From positions 2,728,001 through 2,792,000 of the forward strand of contig CATNEN010000037.1 of assembly GCA_950097015.1 (NCBI GenBank): a DNA stretch of 64,000 bases, written 5' to 3'. Under the pieces are notes generated by a model that worked only from the letters and a program-made list of their open reading frames with translations, was not told where the DNA came from and did not search any database. The DNA comes from Macrostomum hystrix (Eukaryota; Animalia; Platyhelminthes). The translations under genes were made by a program, and so were the position numbers. Numbering within the stretch: the first letter of the stretch is position 1; every line of letters starts with the position of its first letter. Shown piece after piece: positions 58,501 to 64,000 of the stretch.

Positions 58501-59069
58501 AAGATGAAGTGTTAGCTGTTTTCTACATTTCATCATGATTTATCAATGTACTATTGCTATTGCTGCATCAACATCAGTATGTGAATTTTGTGTTAGCTCT
58601 GATGATTTCGCCAATGATTGGCAGCTTATTACAATTAAAAGGGCTTGTGCAATATTGTGTTGATTTTGATTGATCAATTTTTACACTGCTAATAAAATTC
58701 GCTAGTTTGCTAGGACATTTTTGTCCTTTATATTCATTCCATTTGCTCCTATTTAAACTTATTCTAGCCTTTTGCTAACTTCCAGTTTTTTTAAGGCGCA
58801 AATTTTTGTGTTTGCCATGTTTTACTGTCAAAATATACACAGAATACGTAAAAGTATGCCAGTCTGTACTGGCCTGGCAATCCTACGCTTTGCTTTAGTA
58901 CAGTTTATAACTCTAAATTAGTAGACCATATCTACCTGCTTACCGTTTCTTCTTATTTTTACCCTTAGTTGGTCAATTATTCAGGGCCGTACTTATAGTT
59001 GTAGTTAGGAAAAATATCAACTTTCAAATACAGGTACAATTTCGCCACATTAAAGAAACCAATGTCGCC

Positions 59070-59710
59070 ATATTCGGTATTGATAGTGCCATATATTTGG
59101 AATTGATAGTGCCATATATTCGGTATTGATAGTGCCATATATTTGGTATTGATAAGTGCCATATATTAGGTATTGGTAGTGCCATATATTTGGAATTGAT
59201 AAGTGCCAGATTTGGTATTGTTAAGTGCCAGATTTGGTATTGATAGTGCCAGATTTGGTATTGATAAGTGCCAGATTTGGTATTGATAAGTGGCAGATTT
59301 GGTATTGATAAGTGGCAGATTTGATTTTGATAAGTGCCAGATTTGGTATTGATAGTGCCATATATTTGGTATTGATAAGTGCCATATATTTGGAATTGAT
59401 AGTGCCAGATTTGGTATTGATAAGTGCCAGATTTGGTATTGATAAGTGCCAGATTCGGTATTGATAGTGCCAGATTTGGTATTGATAAGTGGCAGATTTG
59501 GTATTGATAAGTGGCAGATTTGGTATTGATAGTGCCATATATTTGGTATTGATAAGTGGCAGATTTGATTTTGATAAGTGCCAGATTTGGTATTGATAGT
59601 GCCATATATTTGGTATTGATAAGTGCCATATATTTGGAATTGGAATTGATAAGTGGCAGATTCAGTATTGACAGTGCCAGATTTGATATCGATTGTGCCA
59701 GATTTGGAAT
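59070..59710. repeat. Irregular minisatellite, 21-24 bp units on TTTGGTATTGATA(A)GTGCCA(G/TAT)A
   Basis: Tandem variant copies. Confidence 0.93.
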
Positions 59711-60351
59711 TGATTAAAACTTGCATATGGGACGAGAACTGTGTCGATGTGGGCTACCAATGGTTTAATGATAATAATAATTGCAGGAAGGCTGCGGGCA
59801 ATGGCACATCATTAGGTGACACTAGACCCGCAGCCAGCGAGCAGGCAATTCTGCCCATTTCGCTGACTCCTGAGCACACACGCACACAGATACTGTACGC
59901 AGACATACGCTCAAACAGGTGTGTACATCTGCCCTGACTTTCTCATCGTCAGGCAGTGTACACTCTCACTGTGCCTTGGAGGTTGGCCCTCAAGGGTGTA
60001 AATTGCACGACAAGCCCCCAAGCCTTCTATCCGCGGCTGCGCCCCAAATGAATGTGGCCTCGCCGTGAAATCGAACTTAGGGACTGTGGTGCGAGAGGCA
60101 AACGCATTAAGCGCTCTGCCACCGACCAATGGTTTAGTAGCAATCTAGCTTGATCGATGGCCGGTTCTGTGGTATGGCAAGTGCTGTTGGCGTGATGAAA
60201 TTTGCTTTTATTTAGGATATTTCGTATCGAGAATTGTCGCTTTCGTTCGCCTTCATTACGAGCTATCAAGAATTACGGAGATGACATTGTGCTTTGACCC
60301 ATCATTGAGACCAGAGTTCTACAGATTGGCAAATGGGAGATGCTTTCTATA

Positions 60352-61520
60352 TTCCTTCAGGAGATACTGTCTCAAGTCCTTCAGGAGATGCTGTCTCAAG
60401 TCCTTCAGGAGATGCTGTCTCAAGTCCTTCAGGAGATGCTGTCTTAAGTCCTTCAGGAGATGCTGTCTCAAGTCCTTCAGGAGATGCTGTCTCAAGTCTT
60501 TCAGGAGATGCTGTCTCAAGTCTTTCAGGAGATGCTGTCTCAAGTCCTTCAGGAGATGCTGTCTCAAGTCCTTCAGGAGATACTGTCTCAAGTCTTTCAG
60601 GAGATGCTGTCTCAAGTCTTTCAGGAGATGCTGTCTCAAGTCTTTCAGGAGATGCTGTCTCAAGTCCTTCAGGAGATGCTGTCTCAAGTCCTTCAGGAGA
60701 TGCTGTCTCAAGTCCTTCAGGAGATGCTGTCTCAAGTCCTTCAGGAGATGCTGTCTCAAGTCCTTCAGGAGATACTGTCTCAAGTCTTTCAGGAGATGCT
60801 GTCTCAAGTCTTTCAGGAGATGCTGTCTCAAGTCCTTCAGGAGATGCTGTCTCAAGTCCTTCAGGAGATGCTGTCTCAAGTCCTTCAGGAGATGCTGTCT
60901 CAAGTCTTTCAGGAGATGCTGTCTCAAGTCCTTCAGGAGATGCTGTCTCAAGTCCTTCAGGAGATGCTGTCTCAAGTCCTTTAGGAGATACTGTCTCAAG
61001 TCTTTCAGGAGATGCTGTCTCAAGTCTTTCAGGAGATGCTGTCTCAAGTCCTTCAGGAGATGCTGTCTCAAGTCCTTCAGGAGATGCTGTCTCAAGTCCT
61101 TCAGGAGATGCTGTCTCAAGTCCTTCAGGAGATGCTGTCTCAAGTCTTTCAGGAGATACTGTCTCAAGTCCTTCAGGAGATGCTGTCTCAAGTCTTTCAG
61201 GAGATACTGTCTCAAGTCCTTCAGGAGATACTGTCTCAAGTCTTTCAGGAGATGCTGTCTCAAGTCTTTCAGGAGATGCTGTCTCAAGTCTTTCAGGAGA
61301 TGCTGTCTCAAGTCCTTCAGGAGATGCTGTCTCAAGTCCTTCAGGAGATGCTGTCTCAAGTCCTTCAGGAGATGCTGTCTCAAGTCCTTCAGGAGATGCT
61401 GTCTCAAGTCCTTCAGGAGATACTGTCTCAAGTCTTTCAGGAGATGCTGTCTCAAGTCTTTCAGGAGATGCTGTCTCAAGTCCTTCAGGAGATGCTGTCT
61501 CAAGTCCTTCAGGAGATGCT
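60352..61520. repeat. Minisatellite, 24-bp unit CCTTCAGGAGATGCTGTCTCAAGT, about 49 copies
   Basis: Tandem copies; source of four or more overlapping long ORFs. Confidence 0.98.
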
Positions 61521-62129
61521 GAGGTCCTTCGAAGTGCGTTAATCTGGGGTTCATGGTGACGTCACACGCCCTGGGTCCTTCAGTGGGCCCATGAGTATGG
61601 ACCCTGTTTCCTACCATCAAACGAACTCGGTGGACAATATTTTGGTGGTAGCATATTTTCGTAACTTTGGCCCTCTCAAATTTCTCGCTGGCAGTTTTGT
61701 CACCCTTGGATGCATTTTCGGACTGAATTGGCACTGGACAGTCTAAATGGCCGCTTCTTGAACTGCAGCTACATTTCGCATGCAAATTGGTCTGGAGAAA
61801 ATGTTTGCAGCGTATCTCCGCCGCTCCGAGCACAAGCAAACCTGTTCTCTGACCGCTGTCAGATTATGTACAGTTTCATTTTTGCAGCCTGATCTGGCTG
61901 CCACTCCTATAGGATTTCCTGTGAGGAATGAACTCAACGAATTAATGAAATGAATTTAAACTGTTTCAAAAGCATGAAATATGCTGACGGCTCGCATGAA
62001 TTCTTAGGTCATGAAATCAAATGGCTTTCGATTTACAGGTTAAATTCAATCCAAAGTAAGCTTGCTAAGTTGCTAGCTTTTCTAAATTTTAAGTTTTAAC
62101 TTTGTTTTTTCTCAAATCCTAAGATTGGT

Positions 62130-62420
62130 TTGGTCTGTCCCCTTTTCCCATTTCCCCAAATCCTCAGATAAGTCTGTCCCCTTCTCCCATTTCCCCAAAT
62201 CCTCAGATAAGTCTGTCCCCTTCTCCCATTTCCCCAAATCCTCAGATAAGTCTGTCCCCTTCTCCCATTTCCCCAAATACTCAGATAAGTCTGTCCCCTT
62301 CTCCCATTTCCCCAAATCCTCAGATAAGTCTGTCCCCTTCTACCATTTCCCCAAATCCTCAGATAAGTCTGTCCCCTTCTCCCATTTCCCCAAATACTCA
62401 GATAAGTCTGTCCCCTTCTC
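62130..62420. repeat. Minisatellite, 39-bp unit GTCCCCTTCTCCCATTTCCCCAAATCCTCAGATAAGTCT, about 7 copies
   Basis: Tandem copies. Confidence 0.95.
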
Positions 62421-62805
62421 TTATGTCTGTAGCTCAGCAGTTTTTTCGGTCCCCTTCTCACCTTCTGTAAATTAGGTGTGAGGGAACTAATTTCCTGGCA
62501 TCTGTTTCTTGGATTTTGAAAGTATCAGTTTTTAACGTAGGGCAGGTCCTTTTTAGGTAAGAACTTGTGTGATCAGAGGGTCAACACGACCCTTTTATCT
62601 GGGTTGAATCTCTGAAGCCTTAAGTCACTTTGAATTTCCTGATACAAAACTGTAGCCAAGTAATTAATTAAGCCGGTTTGGACTCAACCAGGTGATGAAG
62701 CCGACTGTTGCTTGACAATTAAACAAATGATCTCTTTCGATGAACTGAAAGGCGGAAGAAATTCTGGTTGGAATTCGAAAACAAAGCTTCGTGAACTGAT
62801 CTTCG

Positions 62806-64000
62806 AGCTACATTCCTTCCAGCTACATTCCTTCCAGCTACATTCCTTCCAGCTACATTCCTTCCAGCTACATTCCTTCCAGCTACTTTCCTTCCAGCTA
62901 CATTCCTTCCAGCTACATTTCTTCCAGCTACATTTCTTCCAGCTACATTCCTTCCAGCTACATTCCTTCCAGCTACATTCCTTCCAGCTACATTCCTTCC
63001 AGCTACATTCCTTCCAGCTACATTCCTTCCAGCTACTTTCCTTCCAGCTACATTCCTTCCAGCTACATTTCTTCCAGCTACATTTCTTCCAGCTACATTC
63101 CTTCCAGCTACATTCCTTCCAGCTACATTCCTTCCAGCTACATTTCTTCCAGCTACATTCCTTCCAGCTACATTCCTTCCAGCTACTTTCCTTCCAGCTA
63201 CATTCCTTGCAGCTACATTCCTTCCAGCTACTTTCCTTCCAGCTACATTCCTTCCAGCTACATTCCTTCCAGCTACATTCCTTCCAGCTACTCTCCTTCC
63301 AGCTACATTCCTTCCAGCTACATTTCTTCCAGCTACATTTCTTCCAGCTACATTCCTTCCAGCTACATTCCTTCCAGCTACTTTCCTTCCAGCTACATTC
63401 CTTGCAGCTACATTCCTTCCAGCTACATTCCTTCCAGCTACTTTCCTTCCAGCTACATTCCTTGCAGCTACATTCCTTCCAGCTACTTTCCTTCCAGCTA
63501 CATTCCTTGCAGCTACATTCCTTCCAGCTACATTCCTTCCAGCTACATTCCTTCCAGCTACATTCCTTCCAGCTACTTTCCTTCCAGCTACATTCCTTGC
63601 AGCTACATTCCTTCCAGCTACATTCCTTCCAGCTACTTTCCTTCCAGCTACATTCCTTCCAGCTACATTCCTTCCAGCTACTTTCCTTCCAGCTACATTC
63701 CTTGCAGCTACATTCCTTCCAGCTACATTCCTTCCAGCTACATTCCTTCCAGCTACATTCCTACCAGCTACATTCCTTCCAGCTACATTCCTTCCAGCTA
63801 CATTCCTTCCAGCTACTTTCCTTCTAGCTACATTCCTTGCAGCTACATTCCTTCCAGCTACATTCCTTCCAGCTACTTTCCTTCCAGCTACATTCCTTGC
63901 AGCTACATTCCTTCCAGCTACTTTCCTTCCAGCTACATTCCTTCCAGCTACATTCCTTCCAGCTACATTCCTTCCAGCTACTCTCCTTCCAGCTACATTC
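62806..64000. repeat. Minisatellite, 15-bp unit CAGCTACATTCCTTC, about 80 copies, runs off the window end
   Basis: Tandem copies. Confidence 0.98.

Noticed and set aside
59095-59640. CArG boxes (SRF sites) in CCATATATTTGG repeats, of interest given MRTF
   Set aside because: The A/T core is 8 nt rather than 6, so it does not match CC(A/T)6GG
60281-61839. Overlapping 400-500 aa ORFs (LKDLRQHL, SPSGDAVS, RRCCLKSF repeats)
   Set aside because: Consequence of a 24-bp tandem unit; being open in many frames at once indicates an artefact
62712-63827. 371-aa (QLHSF)n ORF
   Set aside because: 15-bp minisatellite

Overview
Eukaryotic (animal) genomic DNA with spliceosomal introns. The CAG-rich coding sequence and the density of intronic minisatellites resemble a Macrostomum-type flatworm, but this is inference, not proof. 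Four host genes lie on the minus strand: a single-exon RY-amide (NKY-like) neuropeptide precursor, a 3-exon 7B2/SCG5, a roughly 14-exon EPLIN/LIMD2-type LIM protein of about 855 aa with a repeated C-terminal motif, and a 3-exon myocardin/MRTF. Two lie on the plus strand: EMG1/Nep1, which has no visible genomic start codon, and a small orphan membrane protein 770 bp downstream of it. Mobile DNA comprises a full-length 6.3-kb LOA-clade-like LINE with a perfect 12-bp TSD, a CORE-like tRNA SINE, a FLYWCH/Mutator-type element with an 8-bp TSD, and several MITE-like elements. About 27 unrelated minisatellite arrays (15-98 bp units) make up roughly 37% of the window by hand count. Most long ORFs in the supplied track are artefacts of these arrays. 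The most interesting signal is the LINE 5' UTR. It is built from 97-98 bp tandem monomers whose hairpins show compensatory base changes between copies, it ends in a strong splice acceptor 6 nt before the ORF1 ATG, and ORF2 has no AUG. Together with the AUG-less EMG1, this points to possible use of spliced-leader trans-splicing.
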